From contig CANQUR010000001.1 in the NCBI GenBank assembly GCA_947627075.1, positions 1-38,495 on the forward strand: a stretch of DNA of 38,495 nucleotides, in the 5' to 3' direction. The notes under the pieces were generated by a model, which saw nothing but the letters and a program-made list of their open reading frames with translations, did not search any database and had not been told where the DNA came from. A program made the translations under genes and the position numbers. This document shows, in pieces, positions 19,121 to 27,539 of the stretch. Each line of letters opens with the position of its first letter. Position 1 is the stretch's first letter. The DNA is from an uncultured Clostridia bacterium. GTDB lineage: Bacteria > Bacillota > Clostridia > Christensenellales > Pumilibacteraceae.

Positions 19121-20027
19121 AATAATCTCCGACAGATATTTTATTCCCGTTCATAAACTCAACTGCAGTCATCATTCTTTTTCCGGGCGCTTGAAGGGTC
19201 AAAATATTTAACGCGCCTTCCCCACAAGACACAACTAATCCTTTACGCATATCCGCGCAAATTATTTCGCCCGGAGTTCCATTTCCGTCTACGGGGAGAG
19301 CTTTATATATTTTGATCCTTTGTCCATCCAAAAATGAATATGCAATTGGATTGGGATTAAAAGCCCTAATAACATTGTTTATTTCAAAAGCTTTCTGCTT
19401 CCAATTGATTTTTGCTTCTTCCTTTATAAATTTCTTGCACTTTGTAGCGAGCGCATCATTTTGCTTGACAGGCTTTATCTTTCCGTTTTTCAAATCATCT
19501 AATGTTTCAAGCAATAAATTTCCACCGAGATCCGCCAATGCGTCCCCTAATTCTTCGGAATTCATACCATTGACTTTTATAGAGCGCATTGCTAAAATAT
19601 CTCCCGTATCCATGCCAAGCGCAGTTTGCATAATCGTCACACCGGTAATATCGTCTCCGTTAAGAACGCAAGTCTGAATCGGAGAGCATCCTCGATATTT
19701 TGGCAAAAGAGACGCATGGACATTCAATACGCCATAACGAGGCAAATCGAGTATATCTTGCGATAATATTTGTCCGTATGCCGCCGTCACTATAACTTCT
19801 GCGTTCAATTTTTTTATCGTATCCACATTGGATCGTATTTTTTCAAATTGATAAACGGGGATATTGTGCCTCAAAGCAAATTCCTTAACAGGGGTAAAAA
19901 TAAATTCTCCCTTTCTGTCCTTTGCTCTGTCCGGTTGTGAGATCGCCGCTATTACCTCATGAACTTCCGTAAGTTTTTCGAGAATCGAAACAGCGAACTG
20001 AGGCGTTCCCATAAAAGCTACGCGCAT
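19110..20027 (-). CDS. fmt: Methionyl-tRNA formyltransferase
   Basis: MRVAFMGTPQFAV... and HASLLPKYRGCSPIQ motifs, 305 aa. Confidence 0.9.
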   Translation of the reverse strand: MRVAFMGTPQFAVSILEKLTEVHEVIAAISQPDRAKDRKGEFIFTPVKEFALRHNIPVYQFEKIRSNVDTIKKLNAEVIVTAAYGQILSQDILDLPRYGVLNVHASLLPKYRGCSPIQTCVLNGDDITGVTIMQTALGMDTGDILAMRSIKVNGMNSEELGDALADLGGNLLLETLDDLKNGKIKPVKQNDALATKCKKFIKEEAKINWKQKAFEINNVIRAFNPNPIAYSFLDGQRIKIYKALPVDGNGTPGEIICADMRKGLVVSCGEGALNILTLQAPGKRMMTAVEFMNGNKISVGDYFGN

Positions 20028-20045
20028 TAGATATTGCTCCTTCTG

Positions 20046-20495
20046 TTAATCATTCGAAATGATTTTATCTATAAAAAGTTTCCCGTCAAGGTGGTCTATT
20101 TCATGACAAAATGCGACTGCAGTCAGATCGCTTACTTTATATTTACAAGGTTTTCCGTATCTATCCATTGCCTCTACCCATACGGTTTTCGGGCGTTCGA
20201 CTATTCCGTGTTCTCCCGGAATAGAAAGGCATCCCTCTTGCCCTTTTTGCGATCCGGCAGTTTTCACTATCACCGGATTTACAAGTTCATAGATAGTCTT
20301 TTCATCGACGCAAACTACACATATCCTTTTGGGAATGCCTACTTGCGGCGCTGCCAAACCTACTCCATCGGCAGCAAACATTGTATCGATTAGATCATCC
20401 AACATCGTTCCGAGTTTTTCATTGAAAATTGTCACCTCGTAACATTTTTGTCTTAAATTCGGATCCCCTAATTTCAATATATTTCGTAATGCCAT
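20046..20495 (-). CDS. def: Peptide deformylase
   Basis: All three PDF motifs are present: GLAAPQVG, EGCLSIPG, HEIDHLDG. Confidence 0.95.
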   Translation of the reverse strand: MALRNILKLGDPNLRQKCYEVTIFNEKLGTMLDDLIDTMFAADGVGLAAPQVGIPKRICVVCVDEKTIYELVNPVIVKTAGSQKGQEGCLSIPGEHGIVERPKTVWVEAMDRYGKPCKYKVSDLTAVAFCHEIDHLDGKLFIDKIISND

Positions 20496-20505
20496 TTTTC
20501 ACTCC

Positions 20506-22680
20506 TTAACTTAAATTGTTTGGATTTATCTCAACAAAAATATTGACCTTTTGAATCATAAATTCATCCACGATTTTATAAATCTCCTTAATAGGTTCCA
20601 TACTTACCATTCTAATAAGGATTTGCGCACGATGCATATTTCTTATTACTTTTACAGGCGCCCACATATAATTGATAAAAACGAAATATTCATTTAGTAG
20701 CTTGACTTTTGAGTAAATTCCCTGTAATGTCTTTGCCACATCTTGTTCATTTTCTCCCGAAACAAGGATACGCACTATTTTGGTAAACGGAGGAAATTTT
20801 GTTACTTCTCTCAAATTGCATTCTTTTTCGTAGAAATGCTTGTAATCTCCGTTAACAGCAAATCTATAAACGTAATGATTGGGCGAATAAGTCTGCAAAA
20901 TTACCTTTCCGAGCTTTTTATTTCGTCCGGCACGCCCTGCGACTTGTGTGATAAGCTGAAATGTCCGTTCTACGCTTCTGTAATCCGCAAAATGCAAACT
21001 CATATCTGCATCCACTATACCAACAAGCGTCACATCCGGGAAATCATGACCTTTGGCTATCATCTGTGTTCCAACTAAAATTTTTGCTTGTTTAGTTGCA
21101 AATTTTCGCAAAATATCGAAATGCGCATTCTTATTTTGAGTAGTATCATTGTCCATTCTCAAAACAGTTTCGTTTGGGAACATTTCTTGCAATTTTTCCG
21201 CAACTTGTTCGGTTCCGACAAACCCTCTTTTGATTTGGTCGGAGCCACATTTGGGACAAGCGGACAACATTTTGTATGTGTTGCCGCAATAATGACACTT
21301 CAACGAATTATCCTCTTTATGATAAACCAAAGAAATATCACATTGCTCGCATTTTGCGACATATCCGCATGATCTGCACATGACGTACGAAGAATAACCT
21401 CTGCGATTGATAAAAATTATTGCTTGGTCTCCGGATTCGATACATTTATGTAGCTCGTTTTCAAGTTCCAAAGAAAAAATACCGTTATTTCCTTTGTAAA
21501 TCTCATTACACATATTGACGATCGAAATTTCGGGAAGAGGTCTCTTATTTATACGATTTTTGAGTTCGAGTAGTACATATTCTCCATTCATTGCCTTATA
21601 ATAGCTTTCTATCGAAGGAGTGGCGCTTCCCAATATAATATTACAATTATTATAACTTCTGCGAAATTCAGCAACCTCGGAAGTTATATAACGAGGATTG
21701 CTTTCGGAAGTATAACTTCCATCATGCTCCTCGTCTATAATGATCAACCCAACATTTTGCAAAGGCGCAAAAATCGCCGATCTTGCACCTATTGCAACAG
21801 ACGCTTCTCCGCTTATAAGTCTGCGCCATTCGTCAAAACGCTCTCCCGCAGATAATCCGCTATGCAACAAAGCTACACGATCTCCGAATCGCGATCTGAA
21901 ACTCGCAAGCACTTGAGGCGTCAATGAGATCTCGGGAACAAGCATAATAGCCGTTTTACCGTTTTGTAAAATTTGGGCGATACAATGCATATAAACTTCG
22001 GTTTTGCCACTACCCGTTACTCCATGAAGTAAAAATGTTTTGCCTTTCGATCCCATAACCGTATCTACTACGGATCGTTGATCATCTGTAAGTTCTACAC
22101 AATTATCATTTAAGGTAATATTATTATACGGAGAACGTTTGACTTCTACACTGCGTACTCTGAATATGTCACGCATAATAAGATTACGTACACTCGCCGA
22201 CGAACAATTAGCATTGAGTTCGGATAATGGCACCTCTCCACGCTTTAATACATAATCATATGCATTCAACTGCATTTGCGCCGATTCGCGAATAAGTTTA
22301 CGAGGCTCTGCGATCTCCATATTTATACTTACGTATTTCCTGTTTAACTCCTTGACTTTGCCCTCTCTCATTTGAGTGGGAATAAAAAGCCTTAATGCGT
22401 CAATTGTCCTCAAATGATACCGCTCTCGCATGAAATACATTAGCGCCATCATTTCTTTTGTGATAACAGGATAATCATCAATTATCGAAATGATTTGCTT
22501 GATCTTTTCCTTTGGACAATCAGTAGAGTCCATAAGTTCTATAACATATCCCTCAATTTGTCGCTGTCCGAAAGGAACCGCGACTCTGCAGCCCGGTTCC
22601 GGAGATAATTCGCCAACGGAATAATCGAAGATCCTATCAAGATCGTTATTGCTTATGTCTACAATTACTTTAGCGTACAT
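20506..22680 (-). CDS. priA: Primosomal replication-restart helicase PriA
   Basis: GVTGSGKTEV (Walker A), IIIDEEHD, and the Cys-rich zinc region CRSCG...CEQC...CHYCG...CPKCG. Start taken at MYAKVIVD (22680), overlapping the coaBC end by 11 nt. Confidence 0.9.
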   Translation of the reverse strand: MYAKVIVDISNNDLDRIFDYSVGELSPEPGCRVAVPFGQRQIEGYVIELMDSTDCPKEKIKQIISIIDDYPVITKEMMALMYFMRERYHLRTIDALRLFIPTQMREGKVKELNRKYVSINMEIAEPRKLIRESAQMQLNAYDYVLKRGEVPLSELNANCSSASVRNLIMRDIFRVRSVEVKRSPYNNITLNDNCVELTDDQRSVVDTVMGSKGKTFLLHGVTGSGKTEVYMHCIAQILQNGKTAIMLVPEISLTPQVLASFRSRFGDRVALLHSGLSAGERFDEWRRLISGEASVAIGARSAIFAPLQNVGLIIIDEEHDGSYTSESNPRYITSEVAEFRRSYNNCNIILGSATPSIESYYKAMNGEYVLLELKNRINKRPLPEISIVNMCNEIYKGNNGIFSLELENELHKCIESGDQAIIFINRRGYSSYVMCRSCGYVAKCEQCDISLVYHKEDNSLKCHYCGNTYKMLSACPKCGSDQIKRGFVGTEQVAEKLQEMFPNETVLRMDNDTTQNKNAHFDILRKFATKQAKILVGTQMIAKGHDFPDVTLVGIVDADMSLHFADYRSVERTFQLITQVAGRAGRNKKLGKVILQTYSPNHYVYRFAVNGDYKHFYEKECNLREVTKFPPFTKIVRILVSGENEQDVAKTLQGIYSKVKLLNEYFVFINYMWAPVKVIRNMHRAQILIRMVSMEPIKEIYKIVDEFMIQKVNIFVEINPNNLS

Positions 22681-23776
22681 TCTGCATTTTATCCAAAATG
22701 ATATCGGCAAGTAAAGTCTTGTCCATTTTATCAAGTGAAGTCATTTCATTCTTCGTTATTAACTTCACTATATTTGTATCCGAATTAAATCCCGCACCGA
22801 TTTGAGTGATATCATTCGCGACTACCAAGTCGGCATTTTTTGCTTTAAGCTTTGCCTTTGCATTTTCAATCAAATCATTCGTTTCCGCCGCAAAGATCAC
22901 CAAGATCTTTTCGGCTTTGACTTTTCCGACCTCTCCTGCTATATCGACATTTTTTACAAGCCGCAAATCGAGTTCTTTTGACTTTATCTTGACATTGCTG
23001 TAATTATTTACCTTATAATCCGAAGGAGCTGCAGCCATGACAATATAATCGGCTTTTTTCATTTGCAACATGACTGCTTTATGCATATCTTCGGTAGTTA
23101 TGACAGATATAACATGAGCTTCGGAAGGAATATCTACAGACACAAACCCACTTATCGCAATTACATCCGCACCTCTGTTCAATGCGGCTCGTATCAACGC
23201 AACGCCCATTTTGCCGCTGCTGGAATTTGTAATGAATCTTACCGGATCTATAGCTTCACGTGTAGAACCGAGCGTAACGAGCACAGTTTTCCCTTTAAGA
23301 TCGCGTTTGGGAAGTAATATTTCTATTACTTTTTCGACGATAATTTCGGGCTGCGCCAACCTGCCCTTTCCTATGTCGCCACAAGCCAAAATGCCGCTCT
23401 CGGGCTCGATAAAATAAAAGCCTCTTTCTTTTAGAATACGCTCATTATTTTTATAAGCGGCGCTTTCATACATATTCACATTCATCGCAGGTGCGATCAC
23501 CACGTGGGAAGTTGCAGCCATAAGACAAGTCGTCAAAAAATCATCCGCTATTCCGGACGCAAGCTTGCCTATAACATTGGCTGTGCAAGGAGCTATCAAA
23601 AAAAGATCGCATTTTTTTGCAAGTGAAATATGCTCGACTTCCCATTCGCGGTCGGGATCGAAATTTTCGATAATTACCTTATTTCCGGAAAGTGTTTCAA
23701 AAGTCAATGGCGACACAAAATTCGTTGCATTGTGCGTCATAACGACATGGATGCAAGCTCCCTTTTTTTTGAGCAT
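22670..23776 (-). CDS. coaBC: Bifunctional phosphopantothenoylcysteine decarboxylase / phosphopantothenate-cysteine ligase CoaBC. As an open frame it lacks the first ~25 codons.
   Basis: CoaC motifs APAMNVNMY and LACGDIGKGRL, CoaB motif ITNSSSGKMG. The ORF opens at MLKKKGACIHVVMT, which is after the GGIAAYK FMN-binding motif that lies upstream in another frame. Confidence 0.8.
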   Translation of the reverse strand: MLKKKGACIHVVMTHNATNFVSPLTFETLSGNKVIIENFDPDREWEVEHISLAKKCDLFLIAPCTANVIGKLASGIADDFLTTCLMAATSHVVIAPAMNVNMYESAAYKNNERILKERGFYFIEPESGILACGDIGKGRLAQPEIIVEKVIEILLPKRDLKGKTVLVTLGSTREAIDPVRFITNSSSGKMGVALIRAALNRGADVIAISGFVSVDIPSEAHVISVITTEDMHKAVMLQMKKADYIVMAAAPSDYKVNNYSNVKIKSKELDLRLVKNVDIAGEVGKVKAEKILVIFAAETNDLIENAKAKLKAKNADLVVANDITQIGAGFNSDTNIVKLITKNEMTSLDKMDKTLLADIILDKMQNVR

Positions 23777-23849
23777 ACTGATCGCATGCCTTATATGCCG
23801 CGATACCGCCTGTTACACAAACAGCAATCGTTTTTCCTTTGAGTATCAA
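23697..23849 (-). other. Out-of-frame 5' fragment of coaBC that encodes the missing N-terminus
   Basis: From TTG 23847-23849 (directly after the rpoZ TGA-TAA) the frame reads (M)ILKGKTIAVCVTGGIAAYKACD, the canonical CoaC N-terminus. It then degenerates and stops at 23697. The main ORF is in the adjacent frame. Confidence 0.6.
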
Positions 23850-23852
23850 TTA

Positions 23853-24053
23853 TCAATCCTCGTATGCAATCTTTACTTTATCATTGTACACTTCTTTAGA
23901 AGCATACGTAATCGGGTTTTCTTTGGTTTGTGCCAAGAGATCGGCTTTTTTATCTTCCAAAAATCTTGCTCTTTGCGCTACCAAACATACCAATTCGTAC
24001 TTACATCCGATTTTGCTTATAAGTTTATCAATAGGTGGATCAATTAACATCAT
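23853..24053 (-). CDS. rpoZ: DNA-directed RNA polymerase subunit omega
   Basis: 66 aa. IDKLISKIGCKYELVCLVAQRARFL matches the RpoZ core. Conserved gmk-rpoZ-coaBC order. Confidence 0.85.
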   Translation of the reverse strand: MMLIDPPIDKLISKIGCKYELVCLVAQRARFLEDKKADLLAQTKENPITYASKEVYNDKVKIAYED

Positions 24054-24062
24054 TATACTCCT

Positions 24063-24668
24063 TTACTCTTCGAGTAGTTGTTTTATTTTATTTTCATTTC
24101 TTAATGTCCTATTTCTTTCGGACCTTATAATGTTGACCGTATCGTTTATCGCATCGGAAAGGTCGTCATTAAAAACTATATAATCAAACAATTTATATTG
24201 AGAAAGCTCACATTTAGCTTCGGACAATCGTTTGATTATACTTTCTTCTTTGTCAGTACCGCGTCCACGCAATCTTCTTTCAAGTTCCTTGAATGACGGC
24301 GGCATTATGAATATTGTTACACAAGAAGGAAATTTACTTTTGATTTGAGCCGCGCCCTTTACATCGATCTCAAGTAAAACGGTTTTGCCCAATCTCATCA
24401 TGTCCATAACATGCTTTTTGGGAGTGCCGTAATAATGTCCGAAAACATTGGCATATTCCAAAAATCCATCGTTTTTTACAAGTTCATTGAATTGATCTTC
24501 CGTTTTAAAGAAATATTCCACGCCATCCTGTTCACTACCACGCGGTTCGCGTGTAGTAACAGAGATAGACCTGATATTTTCGGGCATACGTTCCATCACG
24601 GAATTATATATAGTACCCTTGCCGGCGCCCGAAGGGCCGGAAATAACGATCAATGCGCCTTCCATCAT
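24063..24668 (-). CDS. gmk: Guanylate kinase
   Basis: IVISGPSGAGKGTI P-loop, TTREPR and EIDVKGA motifs. Confidence 0.95.
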   Translation of the reverse strand: MMEGALIVISGPSGAGKGTIYNSVMERMPENIRSISVTTREPRGSEQDGVEYFFKTEDQFNELVKNDGFLEYANVFGHYYGTPKKHVMDMMRLGKTVLLEIDVKGAAQIKSKFPSCVTIFIMPPSFKELERRLRGRGTDKEESIIKRLSEAKCELSQYKLFDYIVFNDDLSDAINDTVNIIRSERNRTLRNENKIKQLLEE

Positions 24669-25534
24669 TCAACATTCCTTATTTGTTCTCTTATTTTTTC
24701 GATCTCATTTTTCATAGCGACCACTCTATTGGTGATTTCAAGATCATTGGACTTACTGCCCATAGTGTTGACCTCTCGATTCATTTCCTGCGATAAGAAA
24801 TCAAGTCTTCGTCCTGTTTCGTCGGGTTGATCGAGAATATAAAAGAATTGATCGATATGAGAGAATAGCCTGCTTATCTCTTCATTTATATCCGCTTTGT
24901 CCGCAAAAAATGCGACTTCATTTATAAGTCTTGCTTCGTCAAGTTCGATTTCGCCCAAATACTCTTCGACACGCTTCTTTAATTTTTGGCGATATTCATC
25001 AACAACTTTCGGTACACGAGCTTTGACAATACACAAATGTCCTTTTATATTTTCAATAAGCTTTACAAAATCCGCATGAACGCTTTCGCCTTCTTTTATA
25101 CGCATTTTATCAAGAGCGGCGACCGCTTGTTTTGTTGCCTCCGAAAACATTTCGCAAATTAGCTTCGTATCGACTTCCGAACTGATCTTTATAACATCCG
25201 GCATTTTCATGATTTCTGAAACGGAAAAATCATTTTTGATATTGAGAAAAGTTGCTAATTCATCGGCGGCATCCTTATACTTTTTTGCAAGGTTATGATC
25301 CAATTCCAATGTTTTATCCCCGCCGATATCCTTATAATCATAATAAAAATCTATAGAGCCACGTTTAATCACTGCGCCGATTTCCTTTCGTACGATCTCA
25401 TCACCTGCGACAAGAAACTTCGGAAGTCGCGTATTAATCTCTAAAAATCTATTATTGACGGCTTTCAATTCCACTGTAAGCGTTTTATTGTCGCGTACGG
25501 AAATTCCTTTGCCGTAACCTGTCATACTTTTCAA
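24665..25534 (-). CDS. yicC: YicC/YloC family stress-induced protein (endoribonuclease family)
   Basis: MKSMTGYGKG N-terminus and a C-terminal DUF1732-like region (RRLDFLSQEMNREVNTMGSKS). TTG start at 25532-25534 with GAGGG 7 nt upstream. Confidence 0.85.
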   Translation of the reverse strand: MKSMTGYGKGISVRDNKTLTVELKAVNNRFLEINTRLPKFLVAGDEIVRKEIGAVIKRGSIDFYYDYKDIGGDKTLELDHNLAKKYKDAADELATFLNIKNDFSVSEIMKMPDVIKISSEVDTKLICEMFSEATKQAVAALDKMRIKEGESVHADFVKLIENIKGHLCIVKARVPKVVDEYRQKLKKRVEEYLGEIELDEARLINEVAFFADKADINEEISRLFSHIDQFFYILDQPDETGRRLDFLSQEMNREVNTMGSKSNDLEITNRVVAMKNEIEKIREQIRNVE

Positions 25535-25582
25535 ATCGGATCCCTCTCTTTTATAAATTTAGGACAAAATCATCCACTGAAA

Positions 25583-25611
25583 ATTATAACACAAGCGAAA
25601 AAAAATTTCAA
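25583..25611 (-). promoter_or_regulatory. Near-consensus sigma-A promoter upstream of yicC
   Basis: Minus strand reads TTGAAA - 17 nt - TATAAT with an extended TG (TGTTATAAT). The -35 hexamer overlaps the ligA TGA stop. Confidence 0.6.
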
Positions 25612-27539
25612 CTGTTTATAAGGGAAATGAACTCATTCTCATCTATAATTTTGATCCCGAGTTTTTTAGCTTTATCGAGTTTCGATCCGGCATTTTCGCC
25701 AACAACCACCATGGTCGTGGAATTGGTGACGGATGACTGAACTTCTCCGCCGTTTTTCTCGATCATATCGGTCGCCTCGCTACGTTTATAATTTTTAAGC
25801 GTGCCTGTTAGTACGATTTTTTGTCCGAAAAATATTCCGCCTTCGGATGTCGCCCTATATTGCGGGTCGATACCTTTCTTTTTCAAATTTTCAATAATAG
25901 CAATATGACGAGTAAAATATTCTTCTATACATTTTGCCGTTATAAGTCCCAGATCGGGATTTTGAATGAGCTCGTCGACATGCGCATGAGCGAGCGCGAA
26001 TATATTCTCATACTTTTTAGACAAATCGAGAGCAAGCTTTTTACCCACGCCGGGAATTCCGAGAGCATTAATATAATGCGCAAGATCGGCATTTTTGCTC
26101 TTATCGATCTCGGTAAGTAAATTAGAGATCTTTTTATCCTTAAAGCCCTCGATACCTTCGAGATCGGACTGTTTGATAGAATAAATATCTTCAAAGGTTC
26201 GTAATTCGATTTTATCGTATAGCAATTCTAAAGTCTTTTCGCTCAAACCTTCTATGTCCATACAATCCTTTTCACAAAAATGTTCAAGCTTTCCGATAAT
26301 TTGAGGTTTGCAATCAAGTTCGTTTGGACAAAACCAATTCGCCCCATCCTCGACAAGCTCGGTGCCGCAAGAGGGACAAACCGTTGGCAATTCTATATCG
26401 CATCCGTCGCCATCCGAAACGCCCAAAACCTCGGGTATCACATCATTGCTCCTACGTATAAAGACACGGCTTCCGAGCTTAATCTTTTTACGCAAAATAT
26501 CACCGTAATTATTTAATGTGGCCCTTTTAACGATCGCACCACACAATTCCACCGGCTCAAGCACGGCGATCGGCGTTATCTTACCTGTGCGTCCCACTTG
26601 CCAGATCACGTCGAGAAGCTTGGTCGTAGTTTCTTCGGCTTCAAATTTATATGCGATTGCCCAACGTGGAAATTTATCCGTATAGCCAAGCTTTTCACGA
26701 ATGGATACATCATTCACCTTGATGACCATGCCGTCGATCGCAAAATCAAGATTATCCCTATCTATGCTTTTTATCTCATCTATGATCCTGTTTATGTCTG
26801 ACGTAACGAGGAGCTTTTCTGTCTTAAATCGATTTTCTTTAAGAATATCGATCATTTGTTTTTGGGAGGTTATTTCCTCATCGCTGAAATTTACATTGTA
26901 AAATATAATGTCGAGATTTCTTGACGCCGTAACCTTTGGATCGAGATTGCGTATCGCGCCCGCCACACCGTTTCGAGCGTTCTTGAGCGGCTCCTTTGCG
27001 GTTTTATTATAAGCGTTCAATGCACTTATTCTCATTATCCCCTCGCCTTGCACTTCCATGAGACCTTTATGCGGAATGGATAACGGCACGGATCGTATGG
27101 TCTTAACCTGTTCGGTGACGTCCTCTCCGACTATGCCATTTCCGCGAGTAGCCGCAACGGACAAATTGCCATTCTCATATGTCAAGCATAACGTCAAACC
27201 GTCGAGCTTATATTCAAGGGTATATTCTATCTTGCCGCCAAATGACTTGACGAGTTTTTCGTCCCAAGCCAAAAGCTCATCAAAAGTTTTACACTTATCC
27301 AAGCTGTAAAGTCTGTTTATATGCTTATGTTGAACGAATTCCTTTATCGGATCACCTCCGACCTTGAGCGATGGCGAGTCCGGATAGACAAATGCCGTAG
27401 CTTTTTCGAGTGAAAGAAGCTCATCGTACAAGGCGTCATATTCTTTATCGGAAACAGTCGGCTCGTCCAAGACATAATACTCATACGCATATTTATTTAA
27501 GATGTCTACAAGCTGTCTCATCCTTTCAAAATTGTCCAT
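25608..27539 (-). CDS. ligA: NAD+-dependent DNA ligase
   Basis: Adenylation motif EYKLDGL, Zn finger CPSCGTELVEDGANWFCPN..C, HhH region and a C-terminal BRCT. The ATG directly abuts the pcrA stop. Confidence 0.95.
   Translation of the reverse strand: MDNFERMRQLVDILNKYAYEYYVLDEPTVSDKEYDALYDELLSLEKATAFVYPDSPSLKVGGDPIKEFVQHKHINRLYSLDKCKTFDELLAWDEKLVKSFGGKIEYTLEYKLDGLTLCLTYENGNLSVAATRGNGIVGEDVTEQVKTIRSVPLSIPHKGLMEVQGEGIMRISALNAYNKTAKEPLKNARNGVAGAIRNLDPKVTASRNLDIIFYNVNFSDEEITSQKQMIDILKENRFKTEKLLVTSDINRIIDEIKSIDRDNLDFAIDGMVIKVNDVSIREKLGYTDKFPRWAIAYKFEAEETTTKLLDVIWQVGRTGKITPIAVLEPVELCGAIVKRATLNNYGDILRKKIKLGSRVFIRRSNDVIPEVLGVSDGDGCDIELPTVCPSCGTELVEDGANWFCPNELDCKPQIIGKLEHFCEKDCMDIEGLSEKTLELLYDKIELRTFEDIYSIKQSDLEGIEGFKDKKISNLLTEIDKSKNADLAHYINALGIPGVGKKLALDLSKKYENIFALAHAHVDELIQNPDLGLITAKCIEEYFTRHIAIIENLKKKGIDPQYRATSEGGIFFGQKIVLTGTLKNYKRSEATDMIEKNGGEVQSSVTNSTTMVVVGENAGSKLDKAKKLGIKIIDENEFISLINS

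Noticed and set aside
22681-22734. Upstream in-frame extensions proposed by the ORF track for priA. The same applies to rpe at 16799-16822, rlmN at 17841-17879, yloV at 14598-14618, ytfJ at 8775-8825, oadA-like at 3072-3116 and the LRR gene at 37383-37490.
   Set aside because: In each case a downstream ATG has a good SD and gives the conserved family N-terminus. The extension overlaps the preceding gene and adds non-conserved residues.
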